From assembly GCA_963169765.1 (NCBI GenBank), contig CAUJEN010000048.1:1-64000 (forward strand): a stretch of 64,000 nucleotides of DNA, given 5' to 3'. The notes under the pieces were generated by a model that saw only the letters and a list, made by a program, of their open reading frames with translations, did no database searches and had not been told where the DNA came from. Of the stretch, positions 48,764-59,261 are shown one piece after another (position 1 is the stretch's first letter; each line of letters begins with the position of its first letter). The position numbers and the translations under genes are program-made. This DNA is from Vulcanimicrobiota bacterium. Lineage in GTDB: Bacteria > Vulcanimicrobiota > Xenobia > Xenobiales > QWHO01.

Positions 48764-51700
48764 GTGATTCGGGAGCTGGTGCAGAACGCCGACGACGGCG
48801 GAGCGCTGAAGATCTGCCTGGTCCGGACCGAGCCGATCGCCGGAGTCGACCACCCGCTGCTGAACGCGCCGGGGCTGCTGGTGATCAACGACGGCCGATT
48901 TCAAGAGTCCGACAACGCAGCCATTCGCCGCCTCGGGCTGGGGCACAAGATCGTCGAGACAGGAACGATCGGAAAATTCGGCCTGGGGCTCAAGAGCGTC
49001 TTCCATCTCTGCGAGGTGTTCTTCTTCGGGGCTTCCTCGGTCCGGAAGCACGATGGCAAGGAAGCCGGCGGAGCCTTCGTGACCATCCTGAACCCCTGGT
49101 CACGCCTCGAGAGCCCGAGCCTGGGCGCGACTTTCAAAGCCTGGAATCGAGTCACCTCCAAGGACAAGAACAAGCTCCTCGAGCTGGTCCGGAGCTCGGT
49201 AAAGTGGGAACAGTGGTTCTTCGTCTACCTGCCCTTTCGCCGCAGCGAGTTGTGTCCGCGCGATTCCACAGGTGAGCCGGTCGCCATCACGGCGAACTTC
49301 GCTGGCGATAGGGAGATTCTCCAGGAAGATCTGGCTCGCTGGTGGCCGAGTCTGGCACAGGAGATGTCCCCGGTTCTTCCCCTCTTGCACAACCTGACCG
49401 AGCTCGAGCAAAAGCCGCGCCCCGGGGAGACACTGGCAAGGCTGGTGCTCGCCCCCAAAGGGAGCCGATCGGCCTACCCGGAGGGCTTGACCCGTGGGAA
49501 GGAGCGCGCTCTGGGAGGGCAGTTCGACCTTACCTTCGGGACGGACAAAGCGATACCGGTTCCCTTCGGTGGTCAGGAAGCCCATCTCGCCGACCCCCGG
49601 CTGCAGGAGTTGAAGAACAATTCCCACTGGCCGCGCCAGCCAGTGCTCTTCGTAGAGGGAGAGGACCGCCTGCAGAGCGCGGACAAGAATGCTCCCCACG
49701 CCGCCGCTTATTTCTCGCGCCTGGCCGGCGAGAAGGGACTGCTGAGAATCCGGCTGGCGACCTTTCTCCCGGTGGGTGATCCCCTGGAGGCGATCCCGCT
49801 GGAGGGCGATCTGTCGGTCGACCTGATGCTGCACGGGTTCTTCTTTCTGGACCCGAGCCGCTCCAAGGTGCGCTTCCCGGACGCCCCTACGGCGCCCGGC
49901 AGCATCATCAACGAAGAGCAACTCATGGGGAGCTGGAACCACTACGTCCTTCATCTGGGCACATTGCCTCTGGTGCCGCGCGCTCTGTGCGAGTTCTGCG
50001 AGAGAGCCAGGCTGACACACCCTCAGGCCAGCCTTCTCACCGGAGCCTTCTCCAACTCCGACTTTTGCCGTTCTTACCTCGACTCGCTCACCAGCCGGTT
50101 TACCTGGGAATGTCGACTGAACGGGGGCCCAGAGGGAGCCCGTTTCGACGACGAGCTCGCGGTGACTGCTGTGGCCGGGAGAAAGCCGCAAGTGAGCCGC
50201 TGGGTTCTGCTGTCGGCCGAGGAAGATCCACGCCCTCCCTACCAGTTTCCTCCCGGCGCCGAGGATGAGCTGCTGGATACCTTCTCCGAATGGCGCCGAT
50301 TGGCCGAGCTCGGCCCGGTTTTGCGCCCGTCGCAACCCCGCCTCTCCGCCATCTGTCCGCGATCGTCGCTCTCCCTGTTCGAGCTCAGCGCACTCCTCGG
50401 GGAGCAGCCCGAGGGCTTCTTCGAGGCGATCGAGCATGAGCGCGGCAATCGCCCTGCGCCCCGAGTGCGCAGATTCCACCTTCTTGCCGACCTGCTCCAG
50501 GCGAGTTGGGAGCACGACGAGGCGGCCCGCGGCTGGATTGCCCGGTGGGCGGGCTCGTTTCTCTCTCTGCTCTTGACGAGCTTTTCCTACGAGCGCATCA
50601 AGGACCTGAGCGCGCCGTTGACGCGACTGGTGCGGATGGCACCGAGGGAGGCATGCTTTGTGCCCACCCTGGATGGGGGAGAAGCGGCCTACGTGCTCAT
50701 CCAGCAGCTCAATCACGCGACGAAGGGGCGGCTCCTGACCGTTCCCTCCTATCTCCTGACCGAGGAACTCGGGTCCAATCCAAAGCTGGCCTCCGATTTG
50801 ACGGACAGCATGCTCGGCGTGCTCAGCGGCGGCTCCAATGCCGAGGTGCTGGACCGGTTGGCCCACCAGATCGTCCTCTCCGCGGCGGAGCCAAGGGCGG
50901 AGGTATGGGCCCGAAACCCTCACCTCAAGTTGTTCCGCGCCTACGACGCTGCTCTGGAGGCGCCGCGGGAGTGTCGCGTCCGCTTCGCCGATCTTCAGCG
51001 CGCCCATGAAAGCCATCGCCTCTTTCTGCTGAAGGCCTTTAACCCCGACCTCGAGGCGCTGCTGGCGCGGGCGCTCGCGCCCGGTCCAGCCGGCCCGGTT
51101 CTGGTCCTGAGGCATAGCGCCGCCGAGCTGGCCTACGGGATGCCCGAGCGGGTGCCGGACTGTGGTCTTGATTCCATCGTCAGGCTACTGTCCATGAAGC
51201 CGACCCCCGCGCTGGGAGACCCGGGCGCGCGGGGCAGCCTGCTGGCCAGACTGTTGACGCAGGCGCCAAGCGCGCACCAGAGGTTCGCTCTACGATATCT
51301 CCTTCACGGAGCCAGGGAGCACTTCGACGAGGCCGGACCGCTCTGGCTCCTCCGCCCTCAGGATACCGAGGCTTCCTGGCCGGGAGTGCTGGCGACCATT
51401 CTGCAATCCAGCGACGAGAGGTGGCGGGTGATCCACCCCGACGCCACGCGCGCCCTGAGCGCGGCGGCCCAGGACTGGCTCGATCTGGCGGCGCCCGAGG
51501 AGCGCCAGGTGTGTGCCGATTTGCAGACCCGGGAGGATCTCGGGTGTCTGAGTCAGTCTCAGAGGCTCTTCATTCAGAGGTCGGTCCAGGACGACCAGGT
51601 TTTCAAGTCTCTCTGGATCCACGAGACGCACGATCAGGGGCTGACTTCGATTCAGGAGCAGGTCTTCCTCGAGAGCAACTACCCGCTTCCTGCCGAGTTG

Positions 51701-54700
51701 CAGGCGTCCGCTACGTTCGTTGTGCCCTCTGCTGACCCGGAGGTTCGCAAGAGGCAGGCGCGGCTCATTCCCCTGCTGGGGCCACCCGATGCCGTCCGGC
51801 TGGCCCTGGCGGCGGATCATCCCGAGAGATTCTGGTCCACGATTCTCACGGCGCTGGACAGGACGGGCTGCGACGTGTCCGCCGAGCTGCGCTCGCAGCT
51901 GAGGCACACTCCATGGATTCCGATGCTGGTGGGCCCCGCATCCGGGTTTGGCCAGCTCCTCTACCTCCCGGGCCTGGACAAGATCCTGGACGGATTCCTG
52001 GAGAGATTCGGCCAGGGATTCTCGTCGCTGGCTCAGGTGATACCAGAGCTCACTTCTCACCCGGCGTGGATTCCCGCCTGTCGGGCTTTGCTCCCCGGCG
52101 AGGAAGAGGCTCTCGACCTGCTGGCCCAGCTCCTGGAGGAGCCCGCGGTACCGTCGTTGGGACAACTCCCTGCGAGCCTCCTCACGGACGAAGGCTTCCT
52201 GGACATTCTCTCGTCGATGCCGGAGGAGCTGCTGCCCGGCGCCCTCTTGCTCAATGAGCCCTGGGTTCGAAGGCAGCCCAGGTTCGAAAGCTTGCTTCGC
52301 TCCCTGGCACGCCCAGCAGGGTTGGGAAGGCTGCTGGAGCTCTACCGTTGGGCTGCCGATCAGCATGCGAGCGCCCGGCGCGCCCCGAGAAAGCGCCTGG
52401 CTCTAGAAGCTCTGGCGCTCGAGTACCTCGTGCAGGCAATCCGTTCCAAGGAGTTTGCTGCTGAGTTCGAGCGGTTGCCGCTTCTGAGCCTGAGCGGTGC
52501 CTGGAAGAAGGCCGGCCAGCTATGCCACGGAGTTCCTAATGTCGACCCTGCCAGCCTTCTCTCGGAGCCGTTTGCGGAAGTCCTGAAGGCTTTCTTGCCG
52601 GAAGCCGGGCAGCTCGAGACGGGGCCGAAGGAGATTCTTGTCTCGACCCGACACCATTCCTTGTCGGATTGCCTGCAGACCCTTTTCGGGTCGCCCGGAT
52701 GGAAGAAGTGCCCCGAGGAGGTGATTGGGGCCTTCTATGCCATCTTTGCGCCCCAGGAAGAGGCCGTCGCGAAGGAAGCCGTTCGCCGTCTCCGCTTGCC
52801 CGATTTGAAGGGGACGCGCGCCGGTCTGTTCATTCCGGAAGAGGCGACCTGTCGTCACACCCCGCCGGGGCGATCCCAGCACAACCTGACGTTGCGCCTC
52901 GAGCTCGAGGTTCTCCAGGCGGACACGGTCAGGGTAGTCGCTCTCTCCGGTGATCGGTTGAGCGTCCGGTTGGACAAGAGCATCAGCCGGCTTCTCATGG
53001 CCAGCTCCAAGCCTGCCATCTTCGAGCGAACTGCCGTTTTCACTCTCCAACTGCTGCTTTTCGACCCCATCGAGCTGGAGGCGTCCGAGATTCAGGGCAT
53101 CGTCTGGTGCACCGCCTGGGAGATTATCGCGCGAACTTACTTCAATGAGCGTACCGAGGACGCCATCAAGGCGGCCAAAAAGGCTGCTTCCGATTATTGG
53201 AGCGAGCAGATCCTCGAAGCCGGGCAGTTTGACATCAACGTTGCGCAGAAGCTAATCGAGGAGTATTTCCCGCTGTATTTCCGCATGCTGCCGCGAACCA
53301 AGAAGAACAAGCTCGCGCAGGAGATGGAGAACCTGGACTCGCTGCGGCACAAGCGGGCCGAGGCCGACGTCTCGAAGGTATACGACGTCAAGCGCAGACT
53401 GCGCGACGAAGTCGAGGCTGATCTGCCTAAAATCCAACAGAGAATCGTGAGCCTGATTCGTACGGATGCGGAAGTGCAGGCTTCCCTGCTGGAAATGGTG
53501 CGCTGCAAGATCGGGGGGCATTTTCAGTACACGCTGCTCTCCATCCCCTTCGAGCTCTTCCAGAACGCAGACGATGCCGAGGTAGAACTGGCCGGCATGG
53601 GAGGCGAAGCCGCGATCACGCACGACTTTCTGATCGAGGAGCTCCCCGAAGGGCTGGTTTTCGGTCACAACGGCAGGTTGATCAACCAGTACCTGAGCCC
53701 CGACGGCCGTGACTACCGGTCCATCGGCTACCACAAGGATCTGGAGAAGATGCTGATTCTTCAAGGCTCCGACAAGGAGCTCGACCGCGAGGTCTTCGAG
53801 CGCACCGGCAAATTCGGGCTTGGTTTCAAGTCGGTCTTTCTCGCGTCGGACGAGGTGGAGGTCCGAAGTGGTCGGCGGCACTTTCGGATCGTCGGCGGAG
53901 TTTACCCCGTGCCGGCCGAGGCGGATTCTTTCTTCCGCAACCGACCTCAGGAGAACGCCTCGTTCAACACCCAGATCTACCTCAGGCCCCGCAAGGGCAG
54001 CTCGACGAAGGAATGGCTCGACTCCATCCTGACCGACTTCCGGCGCCGCCTGGCCATCCAGCTCGTCTTCGCCCACAGCATTCGCTCGGCGGTCTGGAAG
54101 GATCGTTCGGGCGTCGTCCGTCAGCATGGCTGGCAGCCGCGGCCGGTTTTGGGATTGGACTCCGTGCTCATCGGACGACTGTCACAATTCGCCTCCGAGG
54201 CAGGGAACGAGCGGGCTCTGGTCCTGGAATCCTCGGCTGGCCGGGTGCTCTTTCTGTTGACTTCGGCCGGGATCGCCCCCCCCGATCCGGACATGCCGAG
54301 GGGATGGGTGACGACGCCTCTGGCGGAGGTCGCACCCTGCAATTTCGTGGTGAACGCCAACTTTGCTGTCGACATCGGGCGGCACCAACTGGCCGCCGAA
54401 TCAAAAGAGAATCGTTCGCTGGCGCAGGCTCTGGGGAGGGCCGCGGGGGCGAGCCTTGTCGAGCTGTATCTCAAGGCAACCAATGCCGGATGGCCGGCCC
54501 TGCGCCAGGAGCTCGAGCTCTCGCCAGATCTCGCCGAGGAGACATTCTGGGCGGGGCTCTGGAAGTCACTTGGAGGGGCGACTTCGAGAGCCGGGGAGGA
54601 GGATACGCTTTCGGAGTTCGAGCGGTTAATTCGGGGGGTGGAGGCCGAGTGCTTACGCTCGCTGACCGGTCGCAATCCCGTGATTCCGACTGACTTGTGG

Positions 54701-56287
54701 GGCTCCTTCTCCGGCACTACGGCCCAACACAGTATCCGGGCACAGGTGACCGGGTTGCTGGCCCGAGAGACGATTTTCAGGGGAGCGGAGCGACTGCTTG
54801 CCAGGTACTACGCGCCCTTGAGCCTGGTTGATTTTCGCGTCGCGCAGCTCCTGGCACGCGTCCTCCCAGGCTTTTCCGTCCCCACTCTCAACCTGAGCCG
54901 ACTCGTGACCCAGGCCCTTCCCGACGACCAACTGACCCCTGAGACAGCCGACCTGGTGGCCGAAGCATGTTCCGAGCAGAGCCTCAATGAGTTTGAGGGG
55001 GAGCTCCACGGGGAGATTCAGGAGCTGCGTCAAAAGCTTGGCTCGCTGCTGGCGAAGAACGCTGACGCCCAGTGGCGCCGGCTCGATGGTCTCCTCATCG
55101 ACAGCGCACAGGATACCGAGGAGCAGCTCCTTTGCAGGTTCAGCCCCTCCGAGCGCCTTTTGTCCCCGGACTACTCCGAGCAAGCTCGCCCCTTCTTGCT
55201 GCAGGTGCGTGGAGCCCCGTCGAGCTCGACCGAGGAGATCGCCGACTGGGTGCTCTCGGCAAGTGGCGGGTCTGCCCGGCATGGCGCTCTCATCTATATC
55301 CTGCAAGGTGCCAGGGGCCGCGACGTGGCAGCGAGGCTCTACCGGCTACTCGCCACCGGGCGCCCCTCCTGGCTCAGGGCCGTCCTCGAGACAGGGGTGC
55401 TCGTCGCTTTGGGATTTAGCGCCGGTGACGCACGCGAGCTCATCCGGCTGATCCTGCCGCCGACCGCCGGACCACGGCCCCTTGAGACGAAACCCATCGG
55501 AAATCCGATTGCCCGGCTGCGGAGGCTGCAGGAATGGTGGACCCGTAATGGCGAGGAATGCCTGCGGCGCTACGAGAGACGCGTCTATCCGCACCAGTGC
55601 CTGCCCGACCTGGAGAGCAAGAAGGGCTGGCTGGTCTTGCTCATGCTGGGCGCCCTGCACAGAATGGGAAGGCAGAAGCGTCAGCAGAGCCGGGGATTCC
55701 TGGAGATGTTCGAGTCTCGCAACTGGCTCGACAAGATGCTTTTCGCCAGGGCCAAGCCCGAAGGCCTGATCGACGTTCTGGACCAGTACTTCGCCGAGGA
55801 GGACGATCAGAGATTCTTTCACTGGCTGGGATTTCTCCCAACGATGTACCAACTCAGCCGCTGGCTCGACGAGTATGTCGTGATGCTGGAGGAGTTCAAC
55901 AAGGTCAAGGGGTCTCAGACGGTTGAGGACTTCATCGCGCCACGCAGCGCCGCCTACTGGCAGGGGGCCAACGTCAGCGCTCCCAACCTCAGGCGAACCC
56001 TGGGAGTCGGCACCTGCTTCGTACTGCGCGAGCTCCGCCGCAGAAAGTGGCTCCGGAAGGACGAGCTGGACCCCTACTGCTTTACTCCCACCAAACGCGT
56101 CTTGGAGCGCCTCGAGCTCCTGACCGGCGACGTCGTCGAGAGAGACTCCCATCTCGAGTCTTCCCGGCGAGTCTACACGATTCTTCACGGCTACCTCGGG
56201 GACGAAGGAGCCACGTTCGGGCACTGCTTCGACCTTCCGTTCCGGCTGGTTCCCGATGACCAGTTCGAAGACATCGCCAGGGCATGA
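48764..56287 (+). CDS. Giant (2507 aa) protein with two sacsin-type GHKL/HSP90-like ATPase modules
   Basis: Bergerat N-box IRELVQNADDGGA and G2 box GKFGLGLKSVF at N-terminus; second module FELFQNADDAEVE ... GKFGLGFKSVF near nt 53545-53840; only in-frame start is GTG 48764; stop overlaps next gene start (ATGA at 56284). Confidence 0.8.
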   Translation: MIRELVQNADDGGALKICLVRTEPIAGVDHPLLNAPGLLVINDGRFQESDNAAIRRLGLGHKIVETGTIGKFGLGLKSVFHLCEVFFFGASSVRKHDGKEAGGAFVTILNPWSRLESPSLGATFKAWNRVTSKDKNKLLELVRSSVKWEQWFFVYLPFRRSELCPRDSTGEPVAITANFAGDREILQEDLARWWPSLAQEMSPVLPLLHNLTELEQKPRPGETLARLVLAPKGSRSAYPEGLTRGKERALGGQFDLTFGTDKAIPVPFGGQEAHLADPRLQELKNNSHWPRQPVLFVEGEDRLQSADKNAPHAAAYFSRLAGEKGLLRIRLATFLPVGDPLEAIPLEGDLSVDLMLHGFFFLDPSRSKVRFPDAPTAPGSIINEEQLMGSWNHYVLHLGTLPLVPRALCEFCERARLTHPQASLLTGAFSNSDFCRSYLDSLTSRFTWECRLNGGPEGARFDDELAVTAVAGRKPQVSRWVLLSAEEDPRPPYQFPPGAEDELLDTFSEWRRLAELGPVLRPSQPRLSAICPRSSLSLFELSALLGEQPEGFFEAIEHERGNRPAPRVRRFHLLADLLQASWEHDEAARGWIARWAGSFLSLLLTSFSYERIKDLSAPLTRLVRMAPREACFVPTLDGGEAAYVLIQQLNHATKGRLLTVPSYLLTEELGSNPKLASDLTDSMLGVLSGGSNAEVLDRLAHQIVLSAAEPRAEVWARNPHLKLFRAYDAALEAPRECRVRFADLQRAHESHRLFLLKAFNPDLEALLARALAPGPAGPVLVLRHSAAELAYGMPERVPDCGLDSIVRLLSMKPTPALGDPGARGSLLARLLTQAPSAHQRFALRYLLHGAREHFDEAGPLWLLRPQDTEASWPGVLATILQSSDERWRVIHPDATRALSAAAQDWLDLAAPEERQVCADLQTREDLGCLSQSQRLFIQRSVQDDQVFKSLWIHETHDQGLTSIQEQVFLESNYPLPAELQASATFVVPSADPEVRKRQARLIPLLGPPDAVRLALAADHPERFWSTILTALDRTGCDVSAELRSQLRHTPWIPMLVGPASGFGQLLYLPGLDKILDGFLERFGQGFSSLAQVIPELTSHPAWIPACRALLPGEEEALDLLAQLLEEPAVPSLGQLPASLLTDEGFLDILSSMPEELLPGALLLNEPWVRRQPRFESLLRSLARPAGLGRLLELYRWAADQHASARRAPRKRLALEALALEYLVQAIRSKEFAAEFERLPLLSLSGAWKKAGQLCHGVPNVDPASLLSEPFAEVLKAFLPEAGQLETGPKEILVSTRHHSLSDCLQTLFGSPGWKKCPEEVIGAFYAIFAPQEEAVAKEAVRRLRLPDLKGTRAGLFIPEEATCRHTPPGRSQHNLTLRLELEVLQADTVRVVALSGDRLSVRLDKSISRLLMASSKPAIFERTAVFTLQLLLFDPIELEASEIQGIVWCTAWEIIARTYFNERTEDAIKAAKKAASDYWSEQILEAGQFDINVAQKLIEEYFPLYFRMLPRTKKNKLAQEMENLDSLRHKRAEADVSKVYDVKRRLRDEVEADLPKIQQRIVSLIRTDAEVQASLLEMVRCKIGGHFQYTLLSIPFELFQNADDAEVELAGMGGEAAITHDFLIEELPEGLVFGHNGRLINQYLSPDGRDYRSIGYHKDLEKMLILQGSDKELDREVFERTGKFGLGFKSVFLASDEVEVRSGRRHFRIVGGVYPVPAEADSFFRNRPQENASFNTQIYLRPRKGSSTKEWLDSILTDFRRRLAIQLVFAHSIRSAVWKDRSGVVRQHGWQPRPVLGLDSVLIGRLSQFASEAGNERALVLESSAGRVLFLLTSAGIAPPDPDMPRGWVTTPLAEVAPCNFVVNANFAVDIGRHQLAAESKENRSLAQALGRAAGASLVELYLKATNAGWPALRQELELSPDLAEETFWAGLWKSLGGATSRAGEEDTLSEFERLIRGVEAECLRSLTGRNPVIPTDLWGSFSGTTAQHSIRAQVTGLLARETIFRGAERLLARYYAPLSLVDFRVAQLLARVLPGFSVPTLNLSRLVTQALPDDQLTPETADLVAEACSEQSLNEFEGELHGEIQELRQKLGSLLAKNADAQWRRLDGLLIDSAQDTEEQLLCRFSPSERLLSPDYSEQARPFLLQVRGAPSSSTEEIADWVLSASGGSARHGALIYILQGARGRDVAARLYRLLATGRPSWLRAVLETGVLVALGFSAGDARELIRLILPPTAGPRPLETKPIGNPIARLRRLQEWWTRNGEECLRRYERRVYPHQCLPDLESKKGWLVLLMLGALHRMGRQKRQQSRGFLEMFESRNWLDKMLFARAKPEGLIDVLDQYFAEEDDQRFFHWLGFLPTMYQLSRWLDEYVVMLEEFNKVKGSQTVEDFIAPRSAAYWQGANVSAPNLRRTLGVGTCFVLRELRRRKWLRKDELDPYCFTPTKRVLERLELLTGDVVERDSHLESSRRVYTILHGYLGDEGATFGHCFDLPFRLVPDDQFEDIARA

Positions 56288-58980
56288 GGCAAGAGATGAA
56301 TCAGGTGGACGTCGGTTCGAGAGTGCGGCATCCCCAGCACGGGACCGGAACGGTTCAGATGTGCCAGGGCGTTCTGGCCATTGTCGAGTTTGACGAGCCC
56401 GGCCTCCAGCGCGTTGAGGTAGGCGATCTCGAGCTGCTCGCCTCGGCGACCCGGGCGGTCGGGCGAGACCACTGGGATCCCCCCATCGCCACCACGACAC
56501 GGCTTCTGGCCGAGTCCATCCTGTCCGTCAACGACGCGTGGGGCGTTTTTGCTCCCTCGAACATCGACCTGCTTCCGCATCAGCTTTGGGTCTGCAAGAA
56601 GGTGAATCAGTTCTGGCCCACGCGATGGTTGGTGGCTGACGATGTCGGTCTCGGTAAGACCATCGAAGCCGGCCTGATCCTTTGGCCGCTTCTCTCGCGT
56701 GGGCAGGTTCGCCGGGTGCTCGTGCTGACTCCGGCTTCTCTCGTGGATCAGTGGCGCGAGCGCATGTACGAGATGTTTGACATTCGGCTTCAGGCCTATC
56801 GCGCCGACGAGGACCGAGGTCGGGTGAACTTCTGGGAGCGCGAGAACCAGGTTGTCGCTTCCTTTCATACCCTGAGACTGGACCGGAACCAGCGTCACGA
56901 GAGAATCCTCAAGGCCCCGCCCTGGGACCTGGTCATCGTGGATGAGGCCCATCACCTGAACAGCGATGAGGAGCTTGGGCCCACTCGGACCTATCGTTTC
57001 GTGCAGCAACTCGAGGAGGCCGGTCTGATCGAGTCCATGGTCTTCTTCACCGGTACTCCCCATCGCGGGAAAGACTGGGGATTTCTGTCCCTCATGCAGC
57101 TGCTTCGCAAGGAGCTGTTCAACCCTCGCAAGCCTGCCGCTGAGCAGCTCGGCCACCTGCCATCGGTCATGATACGCAACAACAAGTATTCGGTGACCGA
57201 CCTGGAAGGACGGCGCCTCTTCCAGCCTCCCAAAGTGCGCCAGATCGATTACAAGTACAGCTCTGACGAGCAAGACTTCTACGATCTGATCTCGGATTTC
57301 ATCCAGAATGGCTATGCCTATTCCAACCGCCTGAACGTGACGATGGGAAATGCGGTCACGCTGGTGCTGATCGCGATTCAGAAGCTGGCGGCCAGCTCGG
57401 TGGCGGCGGTACTTCGTGCCCTGCGCAAACGCCTGCAGCTCCATGGCCAGCGGCGGACCCAGCGCGACTCCTTCGAGGCCCATCTCGAGCAAATTCGGGA
57501 GGCAAGCGCGAATCTGGACCTCGATCGGGCGGCCGAGCTGGAAGCAGCCCTGGCGGAGATCGCCGGCGACCTCGTGCTCATGGAGGACGAGGTTCCCCAT
57601 CTCGAGGAGCTGATCGTCGCGGCCGAGCGAGTGCGCTCGGAAACGAAGATCGAGCTCATTCTCGACCTGCTCGAGAAGGAGTATGCCGGTCGTCAGGTTC
57701 TGTTTTTCACGGAGTACAAGGCCACCCAGTCCCTGTTGCTGTCCCGTCTCAACGCTCGATTTGGCGAGGGGCTCACGGCATTCATCAACGGAGACGAGCG
57801 CGCCGAGGAGGTGAGGGATGCGGAGGGGCAACTTCGAACCCTGCGAATGCCCCGAGCTGAGGCGGCTGAGGCCTTCAACTCGGGCAAGGCGACCTATCTG
57901 ATCTCGACGGAAGCGGGCGGCGAGGGGATCGACCTTCAGGAGCGCTGCCACACGCTGATTCACGTCGACCTCCCATGGAACCCGATGCGGATGCACCAGC
58001 GGGTAGGTCGGCTCAATCGCTACGGTCAGAAGCGGCAGGTCGAGGTGGCGGTCGTCAGAAACCGAGCCACGGTCGAGTCGAGAATCTTCGACCGATTGAC
58101 CGAGAAGATTCATTCCATCAACCGGGCCTTCGACGAAGTCATGGAGGAGCCGGAGGACCTCTTCAACCTGATCTTGGGGTTCGCGTCGGGCCAGTTTTTC
58201 AACGACCTCTACGCAAGCGCCCGCAGGTCGTTCAGTGGCGACGACGACGACGAGCGCTTGAGTCGCTGGTTCGACTTCAAAACCGGCAGCTTTGGAGGCC
58301 AGGACGCGATCGCCACGGTGAAGGGGCTGATCGGCAACGTGGCCCGCTTCAATTTCCAGCAGGTATCCGAGGATTTACCCAAGGTCAATCTGCCCGACCT
58401 GAAGCCGTTTTTCGAAGCGATGCTCACGCTGAATCACCGCCGGCCGACCTACGAGGGGCACAGTCTGTCGTTCATCACTCCGGATGAATGGCGCGAAGAG
58501 CGCGGAATCCAGCCGAGATACTCGGGCCTTCACTTCGACCGGACCGTGCGTGACCGCGAAGCCCGCAAGGGAATTCTGGGAGTCGGACAGAGGTTGATGG
58601 ACCTGGCTCTCTCGCAAGCGAGGGGGCGTACCGAAACCCTGACCGGTTTCACCAAGAGCAGCCAGCCGGGACCCTTGTTCGTCTTCCGCATCCGGGACCG
58701 GATCACGAGAGGAAATACCTCGGTTCGCTTTCAGATCGCGGGAGTCCACGATAACGGGAAGACCCTGCGGCTTCTCAAAGACTGGGAGCTCGTTCTCCAA
58801 CTCAACTCGACACTTGAGAGAGGAGCCGCTAGAGATGAGCCACAGCGCCCGCTGGTCTCGGGCGAGCAGGTGGAGAGCGGGATTGATCGGGCCAGGAGTT
58901 TTCTCGAGTCGCGCCTTCCTTCCATGGACCTGCCGTTCCAGCATCCGGACGTCGAGGTACTGGGGACAATCTGGAAATAG
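56284..58980 (+). CDS. SNF2/SWI2-family helicase with N-terminal UvrD-C-terminal-like Tudor domain
   Basis: N-term GSRVRHPQHGTGTV (UvrD/PcrA C-terminal Tudor-like), motif I WLVADDVGLGKTIEAG, Ia LVLTPASLVDQW, II LVIVDEAHHLNS, V LISTEAGGEGIDLQ, VI HQRVGRLNRYGQ. Confidence 0.85.
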   Translation: MRQEMNQVDVGSRVRHPQHGTGTVQMCQGVLAIVEFDEPGLQRVEVGDLELLASATRAVGRDHWDPPIATTTRLLAESILSVNDAWGVFAPSNIDLLPHQLWVCKKVNQFWPTRWLVADDVGLGKTIEAGLILWPLLSRGQVRRVLVLTPASLVDQWRERMYEMFDIRLQAYRADEDRGRVNFWERENQVVASFHTLRLDRNQRHERILKAPPWDLVIVDEAHHLNSDEELGPTRTYRFVQQLEEAGLIESMVFFTGTPHRGKDWGFLSLMQLLRKELFNPRKPAAEQLGHLPSVMIRNNKYSVTDLEGRRLFQPPKVRQIDYKYSSDEQDFYDLISDFIQNGYAYSNRLNVTMGNAVTLVLIAIQKLAASSVAAVLRALRKRLQLHGQRRTQRDSFEAHLEQIREASANLDLDRAAELEAALAEIAGDLVLMEDEVPHLEELIVAAERVRSETKIELILDLLEKEYAGRQVLFFTEYKATQSLLLSRLNARFGEGLTAFINGDERAEEVRDAEGQLRTLRMPRAEAAEAFNSGKATYLISTEAGGEGIDLQERCHTLIHVDLPWNPMRMHQRVGRLNRYGQKRQVEVAVVRNRATVESRIFDRLTEKIHSINRAFDEVMEEPEDLFNLILGFASGQFFNDLYASARRSFSGDDDDERLSRWFDFKTGSFGGQDAIATVKGLIGNVARFNFQQVSEDLPKVNLPDLKPFFEAMLTLNHRRPTYEGHSLSFITPDEWREERGIQPRYSGLHFDRTVRDREARKGILGVGQRLMDLALSQARGRTETLTGFTKSSQPGPLFVFRIRDRITRGNTSVRFQIAGVHDNGKTLRLLKDWELVLQLNSTLERGAARDEPQRPLVSGEQVESGIDRARSFLESRLPSMDLPFQHPDVEVLGTIWK

Positions 58981-59261
58981 GTCACCTCGGACCCCCATAA
59001 ATGGCTTTCAGTCGCGATTCATGAGGCCGAAACTTCTTGGCTCGATTCGGAAACTCCGTTTTCAGCGGAGTTGGTAACCTGTTGGGATCGAGGACCTGCT
59101 CTACATGGACGAGGTCGAGCAATTTTCCGATTGAACCGCATCGACGTATGGAATTTGCCCGTACGGCCGACGTCGCGCCAGGCGTGTCGGATCTGACAGG
59201 AGGCCGAGGCGGTCTGCGAGAAAGATGAATCATTCTCAACGTTGCGAAGGAGCGCAGAAGC

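Noticed and set aside
49100-51115. 671-aa minus-strand ORF inside giant GHKL gene
   Set aside because: Antisense high-GC artefact
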